A stretch of 64,000 bases of DNA from Fibrobacteria bacterium (GTDB lineage Bacteria > Fibrobacterota > Fibrobacteria > UBA11236 > JADFYW01). The stretch spans positions 1 through 64,000 of the forward strand of contig JBNKOC010000001.1 in NCBI GenBank assembly GCA_050294405.1, written 5' to 3'. Position numbers and translations under genes: made by a program. Of the stretch, positions 46,800-55,164 are shown piece after piece (position 1 is the stretch's first letter; every line of letters starts with the position of its first letter). The notes beneath the pieces are model-generated. The model searched no databases. It was not told the origin of the DNA and was given only the letters and a program-made list of their open reading frames with translations.

Positions 46800-47870
46800 A
46801 TGGGTTTATTTTCCAGATATCTAATTGCGAAGTTTTTAGGGCTTTTTATTCTGGCCCTGGGTTGTTCTGTGGTTATTTTTCTGGTGATTGATTTTGTGGA
46901 AAATACCCGCTCCTGGCTAAACCACAGTCAGCAGGATGTTATTGAGTATTATATCAATTACATTCCTCATATTGTATATCTTATAAGCCCCATTGCCATA
47001 ATAATTGCCAGCATATTTTCCGTGGGTTTAATGTCCAAAAACCTGGAAATCATTATTATGCGCTGTTCAGGTCGTTCCAACTTCAGCATTTTGCTACCTC
47101 TTGTAGTAATGGGCATAGCTCTAAGTGCTGGTATGTATTACTTTGGCGACAGCATTTTGCCCGATTCCAATTACCGGCGTTTTAAAATCAAGGAACCTCA
47201 AACAGCGGAAAACCAGACAGGCAATCCCAACGAAAAATACAAGTATGTATATATTGGGACCGGAGGCTACACCTTTTTAATGCAGTATTACAGCGGCAAC
47301 CGGCAATTGGGAAACCGTATTTCCATTTTAAAAGAACAAGCAGATTCCCTGGTAACCCGCTGGGACGCTCAAAAACTGGATTGGGAAAACCATTGGGTCT
47401 TAAAAAATGGCGTAAAGCGAACCTTGGGAAAAGACAGAATCACGGCCGAAAAATTTACCAGACTGGATTTGCTGGAAATTGAAGACAGCCCTGCCGATTT
47501 AATCAACACCAGGGTTTTTCCCGATGAAATGCGCCGGGAGACCCTTAAAAAAAGAATCGCTGTATTAAAACGCACCGGAGAGCCCACCCGCCGCTACGAA
47601 ACCCAATACCATTTTAAATTATCCAGTGCGGTGGTAAGCCTTATTATGATGCTTATGGGAGCTTCCATTGCTCTCAATACTCTTAAAAGTGGCCTCGCCA
47701 AGCGTTTCGGAATTGCGCTGCTATTCACCTTCGCGTATTTTATGGCTATGAAATTGGGAATCACTTTGGGAGAAAACGGGGGCCTCGAACCTCTTTTGGC
47801 TGCCTGGGTGGGCCATATTATTTTTGGCGCTATTTCCCTGCTGTTTTATTTGAGGGCCATAACAATATAA
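46800..47870 (+). CDS. lptG: LPS export ABC permease LptG
   Basis: Start refined to ATG at 46800 (MGLFSRYL); LEIIIMRCSGRS, LEPLLAAW; tandem with lptF. Confidence 0.85.
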   Translation: MGLFSRYLIAKFLGLFILALGCSVVIFLVIDFVENTRSWLNHSQQDVIEYYINYIPHIVYLISPIAIIIASIFSVGLMSKNLEIIIMRCSGRSNFSILLPLVVMGIALSAGMYYFGDSILPDSNYRRFKIKEPQTAENQTGNPNEKYKYVYIGTGGYTFLMQYYSGNRQLGNRISILKEQADSLVTRWDAQKLDWENHWVLKNGVKRTLGKDRITAEKFTRLDLLEIEDSPADLINTRVFPDEMRRETLKKRIAVLKRTGEPTRRYETQYHFKLSSAVVSLIMMLMGASIALNTLKSGLAKRFGIALLFTFAYFMAMKLGITLGENGGLEPLLAAWVGHIIFGAISLLFYLRAITI

Positions 47871-49610
47871 ATGATTAGTTACATCTGGATTTTATTAGCT
47901 GGAGTCCTTTTTGGTGTCAGCTTCCTGGGAGACATATACGTTTACGGCTCACTGGTGGGTCTGTTTTGCATTTTTATGGGATGGCTCAGTCGCAGCTTTA
48001 AGGGAAAGGCCAAAGCAGACAGAGTGGAACTTAAGGATTCTAAATCCACCCAGTTTATCCAGGCTATTTCTGCAAATAATGCTCCCCAAACCAGACAAAT
48101 CGAGTGGATAAAAGAAAACCGCAAAAAAAATCTTTTAGCACTGGAAGAGGTGGTGGATCAAACCTTGCTTGATTGCCTGAATCTTTTGCAATCCAGTTTG
48201 GACGCCTATTCCTATTGTATCTTTTTCCCAGGGCGTATGAATGGTATGTTTTTGCGCACCTGGATATCCCACAGCAAGTCGATTATTCCCGGGGCCCGCA
48301 TTGAAGGAGGCCAGGGTTTGGTGGGGCTTTTGTTAAAAGAAGGACAAAACAAAGTTCTGGAAAGTGAAATAGTAGCTTCTTCTACCCAATTGCAATACTA
48401 CAGCGACGATGAAAAAATATGTTCTCTGGCTGGTATGCCTATCATTGTGCAGGGATCCCGCCGGGGAGCCATTGTTGTTGATAGCCTGGAAAAATCGGCC
48501 TTTGATTCCCAAACATTGGAAATCCTAAAATCCGCCGCCCATTTAGTGGGGCATCTCATGTATTATGCTTATGCCAATTTCGAAAGTAATTACCAGAGGG
48601 ACCAGTTAGCCGCCCTAACCAGTTACCAGCGTAAATTTTTTGAAAACATGTCAGTTAGAGAAATTGAAGTTTATCTTCAGCAGTACATCGAACAAACTTT
48701 GGAGGCGGATAGAATTACCATACTTGCCAGAGAGCCAGATCAAATGGGAAGGGCCAAGGTTATTTTTTGCAAAGGCATAGATGAACGGCAATTAAAGGGA
48801 TTTACTTTTGATATACAAAGCCGCGGACTGGTAAATATTGTATTTGAAAAAGATCAGGTGATAAACAGGACCATAGGCAAACACGAACGCATTCCCAGGT
48901 TGTCTCCCGAAGAGCCCTACAATGAATCCATCCAATGCGTGCTGGCGGTTCCCATGCGCACAGATAAGGGTATTAGCCATGTTATTATGGTGGAGTCCTG
49001 CCGCAGAAAATGGTACACCAACCATCAGAAAGAATTATTAATGACCATAGGCAGAGCGGCCGGCTTTGCTATTTCCAGAGCGCGAATGTACGAGGAAAAA
49101 GAAACTCTTTCCCGAAAAGATGGCCTTACCGGGCTTATTAACAGAAAGACCTTTCACGAACATTTCGAAAAAGAATTTTTACGGGCGCAAACCCTGAATT
49201 ACCCCATCTGCATACTTATGATTGATGTGGACCACTTTAAAAAAGTAAACGATAACCACGGGCACCCGGTAGGGGATGTGGTATTAAAAGAAGTTTCAAA
49301 AAATTTAGTTCAGTATCCTTCTGCGGAAGGGGACATTGTCGCTCGCTACGGCGGGGAAGAGTTTATTTGCCTTCTGGTGAATTGCGATGTTCGAATGGGA
49401 AAATCCCACAGTGAAAAAATGCGAAAGGCTATTGAAAGCAGAGAGTTTGACATTGGCAGGGGCCAGGTTCTAAAAGTAACCTGTTCCATTGGGGGGGCTG
49501 TTTTCCCCATTGACTCCCGCCATGGGGAGGATCTTTTGGAAAAAGCGGATCAATCCCTTTACCACGCAAAAAAAACAGGGCGCAATAAAGTTGTATTTTA
49601 TTCGGATTAA
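47871..49610 (+). CDS. Membrane-anchored GAF-GAF-GGDEF diguanylate cyclase
   Basis: Two N-terminal TMs, GAFs (GQGLVG), DGLTGLINR, DVDHFKKVND..GH..GD, ARYGGEEF, AKKTGRN. Confidence 0.92.
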   Translation: MISYIWILLAGVLFGVSFLGDIYVYGSLVGLFCIFMGWLSRSFKGKAKADRVELKDSKSTQFIQAISANNAPQTRQIEWIKENRKKNLLALEEVVDQTLLDCLNLLQSSLDAYSYCIFFPGRMNGMFLRTWISHSKSIIPGARIEGGQGLVGLLLKEGQNKVLESEIVASSTQLQYYSDDEKICSLAGMPIIVQGSRRGAIVVDSLEKSAFDSQTLEILKSAAHLVGHLMYYAYANFESNYQRDQLAALTSYQRKFFENMSVREIEVYLQQYIEQTLEADRITILAREPDQMGRAKVIFCKGIDERQLKGFTFDIQSRGLVNIVFEKDQVINRTIGKHERIPRLSPEEPYNESIQCVLAVPMRTDKGISHVIMVESCRRKWYTNHQKELLMTIGRAAGFAISRARMYEEKETLSRKDGLTGLINRKTFHEHFEKEFLRAQTLNYPICILMIDVDHFKKVNDNHGHPVGDVVLKEVSKNLVQYPSAEGDIVARYGGEEFICLLVNCDVRMGKSHSEKMRKAIESREFDIGRGQVLKVTCSIGGAVFPIDSRHGEDLLEKADQSLYHAKKTGRNKVVFYSD

Positions 49611-49622
49611 GGAATTGCATAC

Positions 49623-51107
49623 ATGAACCGACCTTTGGACTGGATATTTTTATCCTTGTATTTTGTGGTTATTACCGGGTTGGGAATATTTCTGGGGCGC
49701 CGCAATAAAGATTTTGCCAGCTTTATGTTCGGCAACAACAAAGTGCCCTGGATTGCCGTGGGCATTTCTCTAATAGCCACTTCCATAAGCGCCACCACGT
49801 TTTTAGGCAACCCCGAAGACGCTTACAAAAATAACATGACCTATCTCATGACAGGAATCGGCGGGCTTCTTTCCCTTTGGGTGATTGGCAAGTTGTTTAT
49901 CCCTAAAATAATGGAGCTAAAAGTAAAATCCGCCTACGAGCTTCTCGAACTCAGATTTAGCCGCAGCGTGCGCCTTTTGGCATCTACCCTCTATTGCCTT
50001 CATTTGCTTCTTCGCACAGGAATATTAATATATGGCCCTGCCCTGGTTTTGGCCAATATGTTTGGATTTAACATATATATGGCCATTATATTGATGAGCC
50101 TTTTTGCCATTGCCTACACCTGGTTTGGGGGAATTCAGGCCGTTATCTGGACCGATGTTTTACAATTTATTGTTTTGTTCGGGGGTGGCATATTTATCCT
50201 CTGGTTTTTATCGGCTAAAGCCGGAGGATTTGCCGAGCTCTGGCAATCGGCTTCGGAAGCAGGGAAACTAAAAGTTTTCGACTTTTCCCTGGACCCCAAA
50301 AACCCTCGTACTTTACTTTCTGCGGGAATCATTTACACTGTTTTTGAAATAGCTATTCGCGGTTGCGATCAACAATTCGTGCAAAGGTACTTATCCTGCA
50401 AGAACCCCATGGAAGCCAACCGGAGCTCCGTTCTTTCAGTGCTTTTGGGTATTGCGGTGGGATTTGTTTTTTATCTTATTGGCGCGGGCTTATATGTTTA
50501 TTTCCAAAATATTAAACCTGGTTTGCTGGAAGAGGGAATATCTTCGGCTGATGTTTTTCCTTATTTTATTATTAACATGCTTCCGCCAGGGATTACCGGC
50601 CTTATGGTGGCCGCTATCATGGCTGCGGCCATGAGCTCGCTGGATTCAGCCATGACAGCCTTATCCAATACCGCGGTGGTGGATTTTAAATGGATTTTCG
50701 GAAAGCACGAAACAGAAGAAAAGGGACAGTTGGCCTCTGCTAAATGGTGGACCTTAATATTTGGTGCTTTAGGTGTAATTGCAGCAATTATTTGCGCCCA
50801 GGGAGAAAAAAGCCTGCTTAGTAAGGCCCTCTTTTTTACCAGCCTTTTCACAGGCCCTTTGCTGGCTATGTTTATAGCCGCTTTTTTTAAGCCCCACTGG
50901 AGGGCTTCCAGTCTTTGGTGGGGGAGCGGGGCCGGGGTATTGTGCTTATTGCTGTTTTCAAATATTCCTATTTTGCCCGAAGGTGTGTGGGAACCACTAT
51001 ACCGCTTTTCCTGGCCCTGGAATCCTTTAATCAGCCTTTGCGCCTCATTGACCACCATGCAGATTATTGAGGCTATAAGGCCCTTAAAACCCCTTACAAA
51101 TAAATAA
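49623..51107 (+). CDS. Sodium:solute symporter (SSS) family transporter
   Basis: ATSISATTF, SAYELLELRF, GGIQAVIWTDVLQ, DQQFVQRYL, AAAMSSLDS. Confidence 0.92.
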   Translation: MNRPLDWIFLSLYFVVITGLGIFLGRRNKDFASFMFGNNKVPWIAVGISLIATSISATTFLGNPEDAYKNNMTYLMTGIGGLLSLWVIGKLFIPKIMELKVKSAYELLELRFSRSVRLLASTLYCLHLLLRTGILIYGPALVLANMFGFNIYMAIILMSLFAIAYTWFGGIQAVIWTDVLQFIVLFGGGIFILWFLSAKAGGFAELWQSASEAGKLKVFDFSLDPKNPRTLLSAGIIYTVFEIAIRGCDQQFVQRYLSCKNPMEANRSSVLSVLLGIAVGFVFYLIGAGLYVYFQNIKPGLLEEGISSADVFPYFIINMLPPGITGLMVAAIMAAAMSSLDSAMTALSNTAVVDFKWIFGKHETEEKGQLASAKWWTLIFGALGVIAAIICAQGEKSLLSKALFFTSLFTGPLLAMFIAAFFKPHWRASSLWWGSGAGVLCLLLFSNIPILPEGVWEPLYRFSWPWNPLISLCASLTTMQIIEAIRPLKPLTNK

Positions 51108-51108
51108 T

Positions 51109-51645
51109 ATGAGTAATATTATCGTCCGAGATCCAAATTTTTATATGAACCAGGCGCTGCAAGAAGCACATGCGGCTTTTGACGAGGGCGAAGTTCCCGT
51201 TGGCGCAGTTATTGTAAAGGAAAATCGAATCATTGCCAGAGGGCATAATAGGGTGGAGGCAGCCCAGGATGCCACTGCCCATGCTGAGATTTTATGTATA
51301 GGGGCGGCCTCACAGAATCTTGAAGATTGGAGGTTGGAAGGATGCACCCTTTATGTGACTCTGGAGCCTTGTCCCATGTGCGCAGGGGCTATTTTAAATT
51401 CCCGCATAGAAAAAGTCGTGTACGCCACCCGGGATAAACGCCTGGGGGCTCTTCACTCCAACTGCCAATTGTTTGATATGGATCTTTTGAATAGAGAAGT
51501 GCAGGTGGAAGAGGGTTTAATGGCCGAGGAATGCGCTTACTTACTCAAATCTTTTTTCCAGGTTTTGCGCAGCAAAAAAAAAGTAGGGCTAAATTTAGGC
51601 ACAAAAAAAAGCCGGAATAAATCCGGCTTTTTTTTAATTGAATAA
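51109..51645 (+). CDS. tadA: tRNA adenosine(34) deaminase
   Basis: GEVPVGAV, HAE, LYVTLEPCPMCAGA, LKSFF. Confidence 0.92.
   Translation: MSNIIVRDPNFYMNQALQEAHAAFDEGEVPVGAVIVKENRIIARGHNRVEAAQDATAHAEILCIGAASQNLEDWRLEGCTLYVTLEPCPMCAGAILNSRIEKVVYATRDKRLGALHSNCQLFDMDLLNREVQVEEGLMAEECAYLLKSFFQVLRSKKKVGLNLGTKKSRNKSGFFLIE
51603..51635. terminator. Bidirectional intrinsic terminator
   Basis: A8-GCCGGA-ATAAA-TCCGGC-T8 at the junction of convergent tadA and the SWIB gene. Confidence 0.88.
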
Positions 51646-51649
51646 AAAT

Positions 51650-52117
51650 TTACACCAAATGGTCATTTACAAGCTTAGTCATTTGGAACATGTCTACAGT
51701 TTTTTTGCCATTAAAAACAGCTTTTAAGGCGTCATCTGCATTGATGTTTCTTTTAGCTTTAGGATCTTGAAGTTTGTTCTTCTTGATGTATGCCCAAAGC
51801 TTTTTGGTAAGCTCTGTACGGGGTAGAGGCTTAGCACCTACTACAGCCGCAAGTTTATCATCAGGAGTTACCGGCTTCATAAAAGCGGCACTTGGTTTCC
51901 TTTTAGATTTTTTCTTGGCTGCCTTTTTGGTGGCTTTTTTAGCAACTTTTTTAGTTGCTTTTTTTGCCGCTTTCTTGGTAGCCTTCTTTGCGACTTTTTT
52001 CTTGGTTGCTTTTTTCACCGCTTTCTTAGCAGCTTTTTTGGTTGCCTTCTTGGCAGCCTTTTTTGTTGCTTTTTTTGCGGCGGCTTTTTTTGTTGCTTTT
52101 TTCTTTTTTACTGCCAT
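51650..52117 (-). CDS. Histone H1-like Lys/Ala repeat + SWIB/MDM2 domain protein
   Basis: ~67 aa of KKA(T/A/V) repeats then AFMKPVTP..LAAVVG..PRTELTKKLWAYIKKNKLQDP..INADDAL..MFQMTKLV. Confidence 0.92.
   Translation of the reverse strand: MAVKKKKATKKAAAKKATKKAAKKATKKAAKKAVKKATKKKVAKKATKKAAKKATKKVAKKATKKAAKKKSKRKPSAAFMKPVTPDDKLAAVVGAKPLPRTELTKKLWAYIKKNKLQDPKAKRNINADDALKAVFNGKKTVDMFQMTKLVNDHLV
51908..52108 (-). repeat. Low-complexity KKAT/KKAA tetrapeptide repeat
   Basis: Translation KKATKKAAAKKATKKAAKKATKKAAKKAVKK... Confidence 0.85.
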
Positions 52118-52217
52118 AGTACCCCAATGGTTAATTGTTTTTTTTAATATAATTTTTTACCCGTGCAAGGGAATTAATAAAAAAAAAAATGAAAATTTTT
52201 TTTGAAATATTTTACCA

Positions 52218-52454
52218 TTATTTCTCTACGAAAGACCTGGGCTTTTCAATTTCCCTTATCATTTTATGTACTGTTTTCAAATCTTCCTGGATATCCTGAC
52301 GGTCAGAATCTACGGATACGGTAACTCCACATACATTGCAAATCATCTGGAGTAATGGTTCCGTATCGGGTAATTCAGAGATAAAACGGTATTTTTTATT
52401 TTGTTGCCGGGTAACAACCATTCTGTTGCAGCGCGGACAAAATTCCAAAAGCAT
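52218..52454 (-). CDS. Small putative zinc-ribbon protein
   Basis: CPRC and CNVC pairs; GGGGG upstream of ATG. Confidence 0.6.
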   Translation of the reverse strand: MLLEFCPRCNRMVVTRQQNKKYRFISELPDTEPLLQMICNVCGVTVSVDSDRQDIQEDLKTVHKMIREIEKPRSFVEK

Positions 52455-52619
52455 ATAGCCCCCATGAATTTTAACTAGGGCTAATATCCTTTTTTTTTGG
52501 GAGCCGTGGCAAAATATTTTTCAAAAATTTTTTAAGTCCCGCCAGAAATTTCTTTAGTGCAAGTTATTTAAACTGCTCTCATATATATAGTTATGAAACT
52601 TTTTTAGGGGAGACAAAAA

Positions 52620-52741
52620 CCCACCCCGCTTGGAATAAACCTGGTCACGGCACATAATTTCGATACCTACCGTTGCTACTTTCGTCCTGGCGGAGTTCGG
52701 TTCGGCCTTATTGCGTGGGGCCTAAACCTCACGAGATGAGC
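52620..52741 (-). ncRNA. ffs: Signal recognition particle RNA (small/4.5S type)
   Basis: Minus strand GCAA...GAACUCCGCCAGGACGAAAGUAGCAACGG...UGUGCCG core; closing helix CUCAUCUCGU/GCGGGGUGGG followed by U run; consensus promoter upstream. Confidence 0.85.
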
Positions 52742-52747
52742 AACCTA

Positions 52748-52776
52748 ATTATAAATTACCAAGCTCATTCTATCAA
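52748..52776 (-). promoter_or_regulatory. Sigma70 promoter of SRP RNA
   Basis: TTGATA (52776-52771), 17-nt spacer, TATAAT (52753-52748); predicted start near 52741. Confidence 0.82.
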
Positions 52777-52782
52777 GTTTAT

Positions 52783-52914
52783 GGACACTTCTAAAAATGG
52801 GGCGTCGCATTGCTCCTTCAAGCTCGAATAGGTTATTCATAAGCTCCCTCGGGTGCCCTCGCAGCTGTGAGGTTCCCCATCCCATCTTGCGACGGGTCCC
52901 AAAGGCAGGGCGTT
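52783..52914. other. GC-rich multi-hairpin intergenic element of unknown class (ncRNA or miniature repeat element)
   Basis: Hairpins at 52881-52896, 52857-52872 and 52826-52838; 7-bp inverted repeat 52803-52809/52888-52894. Confidence 0.45.
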
Positions 52915-53454
52915 CTACTCTTCCTCGTCGGCCTGTTTCTGCATTAGGGCTATGTATTCTTCATAGCTAATTAAGGGCTCGCCTTTTGCCATGCGTCGGG
53001 GGTATAAGATTCCATTGAGATGATCGAACTCATGCAAAAATAATCTGGCGAAAAAATCTTCAAACTCAGTTTGAATGCGTTCTCCCTCTCGGTTGTAATA
53101 GGAAACCAATATTTTTTGCGGCCGATACACTAATCCCCTTTTACCAGGAACACTTAAACAACCCTCCCAGTCTATTTCACCTTCTTCGGACTCGTGAATA
53201 AGCTCTGGATTGATTACGGCCTCTACATCCATTTCCGGGCTATTGGGGTAGCGGGGATTAGGCCTTGCTGCCATAATGAATATTCGCTTGGAAACTCCTA
53301 CCTGTGGAGCTGCTATACCTACGCCATCGTATTCAAAACAAGCTTTAATTAAGTCATCAATAAATTGTTGCACTTCGGGATTAGCAATATCTTTAACAGG
53401 TTGGGCTATTCTGCCTAATATTTCATTTCCCTGGGTGATAAGTTCGAGTGACAT
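52915..53454 (-). CDS. def: Peptide deformylase
   Basis: GVGIAAPQVG, EGCLSVP, HEFDHLNG. Confidence 0.96.
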   Translation of the reverse strand: MSLELITQGNEILGRIAQPVKDIANPEVQQFIDDLIKACFEYDGVGIAAPQVGVSKRIFIMAARPNPRYPNSPEMDVEAVINPELIHESEEGEIDWEGCLSVPGKRGLVYRPQKILVSYYNREGERIQTEFEDFFARLFLHEFDHLNGILYPRRMAKGEPLISYEEYIALMQKQADEEE

Positions 53455-53463
53455 GCTTCCTCC

Positions 53464-54192
53464 CTAGATTTTTTTTAATACAAGCAGGGCTCTTTTTTGT
53501 TGTGAGTTGGGAATAGGGTAGGCTGCGTTTTGAACTAATTTATATCCTTTAGGGATGCCTTCAGCAACTTCCTGAGGGGCGGCTGGTCCTTTCATAAAAT
53601 AGCTTAGAGCACCCTTAGGTAAAAAAGCATCGGATATATCTATAGTCTTTTGCATAGATGCAAAGGCACGGCAAATGGTAGCCTCAACCTTTTCCTTAAA
53701 ACTTTCCGGTGTTACTCTATGGGGAAACACCTCGATATTATCTAAAGATAATTTTTTTATAACAGTTTCCAGGAAGGCCACCCTGCGTGGTCGCGGTTCA
53801 GCCAATATTAGTTTTAAAGAAGGGTTTTGAATTTTTAAAATGATTCCGGGAAAGCCAGCCCCACTGCCGATATCCAGAAGGGGAGCTTTAAATGGGAAGT
53901 TACTGATTTTGCGCACAAGCAGACAATCCGCATAATGCCGTTCAGCTATGGTATCAAAGGCATGGAGGCGAGTTAAATCGCTGTCCGTATTGGCTTCCCG
54001 TAACATTTGGTGGTATTCCCACAGTTGGCTCAATTTTTCAGGGTCTATTTCCACCCCGTGATAACTCAGTAAATGGCCTAACAATTTTCGGGAAGGGGAG
54101 CCCTTTGGTTTGGGGCGAAAACTAGCACTTCTCTGAGCTGAAGGTCTTTTTTTGAAGGGAGAATTTTTGTTTTGTTTTAATCGTGGTTTCAT
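53464..54192 (-). CDS. rsmG: 16S rRNA m7G527 methyltransferase
   Basis: LTR..RHYADCL, LDIGSGAGFPG, CRAF, MKG; basic N-terminal extension. Confidence 0.9.
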   Translation of the reverse strand: MKPRLKQNKNSPFKKRPSAQRSASFRPKPKGSPSRKLLGHLLSYHGVEIDPEKLSQLWEYHQMLREANTDSDLTRLHAFDTIAERHYADCLLVRKISNFPFKAPLLDIGSGAGFPGIILKIQNPSLKLILAEPRPRRVAFLETVIKKLSLDNIEVFPHRVTPESFKEKVEATICRAFASMQKTIDISDAFLPKGALSYFMKGPAAPQEVAEGIPKGYKLVQNAAYPIPNSQQKRALLVLKKI

Positions 54193-54194
54193 AC

Positions 54195-54227
54195 AAATAA
54201 AAAGCCCGGTAGAAATTTACCGGGCTT
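54195..54227 (-). terminator. Intrinsic terminator after yccA-like gene
   Basis: Perfect 10-bp stem AAGCCCGGTA/TACCGGGCTT, 6-nt loop, U-rich tail on minus strand. Confidence 0.75.
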
Positions 54228-54271
54228 AATAATAGATAATTTTATCCTTTATTTTTTCAGGAGACCCTCAA

Positions 54272-54985
54272 TTAGTCCCTATTGCCTCCGGCAAACTGCA
54301 TAAGCAGGTAGAAAACAGCCTGGAATACCATAAAGACTCCGGCAAATAACATTAAAGCACCAGGAACCGGAGTGTCGATTTCATCATTGTGCAACACTTC
54401 GGATGTGCCACTCACCAGTGTGATGACACCCATGGCTCCAATGCCTGCAGCAATCATAGTGCCCAAAAAGCCCAGGTTAAGAAACATATTCAGGACTATG
54501 GCTCCAAGAATCGCAAAAAAGATTCCGGTCATCATAGCGCGGCTTGGAGCCCAACGTGTGCCACTGAAGTAAACATAACCTGTGACCCCCAAGAAAATAG
54601 CTACGGTTATCCAGGCTGCGGAGGTGACAATGTATTGTCCGCTTAGCCGCTCGCCTATGTAAAGCATTGGGGCTAATACCAGTCCGGAGATAAAGCCGTC
54701 CGCAAAAAGAGCAGCTGTTCCACCCACAGGACTATAGCGAAATTTCATAGCTAATACAGGAACAGCGTTTAAAGCTACCATGGCAATTATCCAGCCCAGC
54801 CAGCCTGTGAACAGACTTAAGACCGCTGGGGAAGAAACACCAACCTTTCCTCCTAAAATCATACCTGCAATCGCTATGGAAAAAAGCAGGTAGGTTTTTT
54901 TCAGCATGGAGCTACGCTCTTTGCTGATGCTAATATCTCTGCTTATTTTGTCTTGAAAACTTAATTCTGAGTGGCCATATGCCAT
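54272..54985 (-). CDS. Bax inhibitor-1/YccA family membrane protein
   Basis: ER..LKKTY start, seven hydrophobic segments, GLVLAPML, C-terminal GNRD. Confidence 0.8.
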   Translation of the reverse strand: MAYGHSELSFQDKISRDISISKERSSMLKKTYLLFSIAIAGMILGGKVGVSSPAVLSLFTGWLGWIIAMVALNAVPVLAMKFRYSPVGGTAALFADGFISGLVLAPMLYIGERLSGQYIVTSAAWITVAIFLGVTGYVYFSGTRWAPSRAMMTGIFFAILGAIVLNMFLNLGFLGTMIAAGIGAMGVITLVSGTSEVLHNDEIDTPVPGALMLFAGVFMVFQAVFYLLMQFAGGNRD

Positions 54986-55164
54986 ATTAAAAATCCTCCG
55001 TTGTTTCCAAATAAAATATAAGTAATGGGCTAAAACCGCAATATTTACCGGGCGTAAAAGGAGTTTATGGCTGAAAATTCACCCATGGGAAGATGGAAAC
55101 CGGTGCTTTTCGCGAAAACTTAATTTTTTAAGATGTTTCGCGGGAAAACGGTATGGAAAAAAAA

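Noticed and set aside
51774..52205. Phe/Ala/Leu-rich membrane-like ORF
   Set aside because: Antisense translation of the Lys/Ala repeats
52783..52914. 6S RNA, tRNA, glmS ribozyme or attC identity for the structured element
   Set aside because: No long rod with central bubble, no cloverleaf or T-loop, no glmS core, no RYYYAAC/GTTRRRY ends and no integrase
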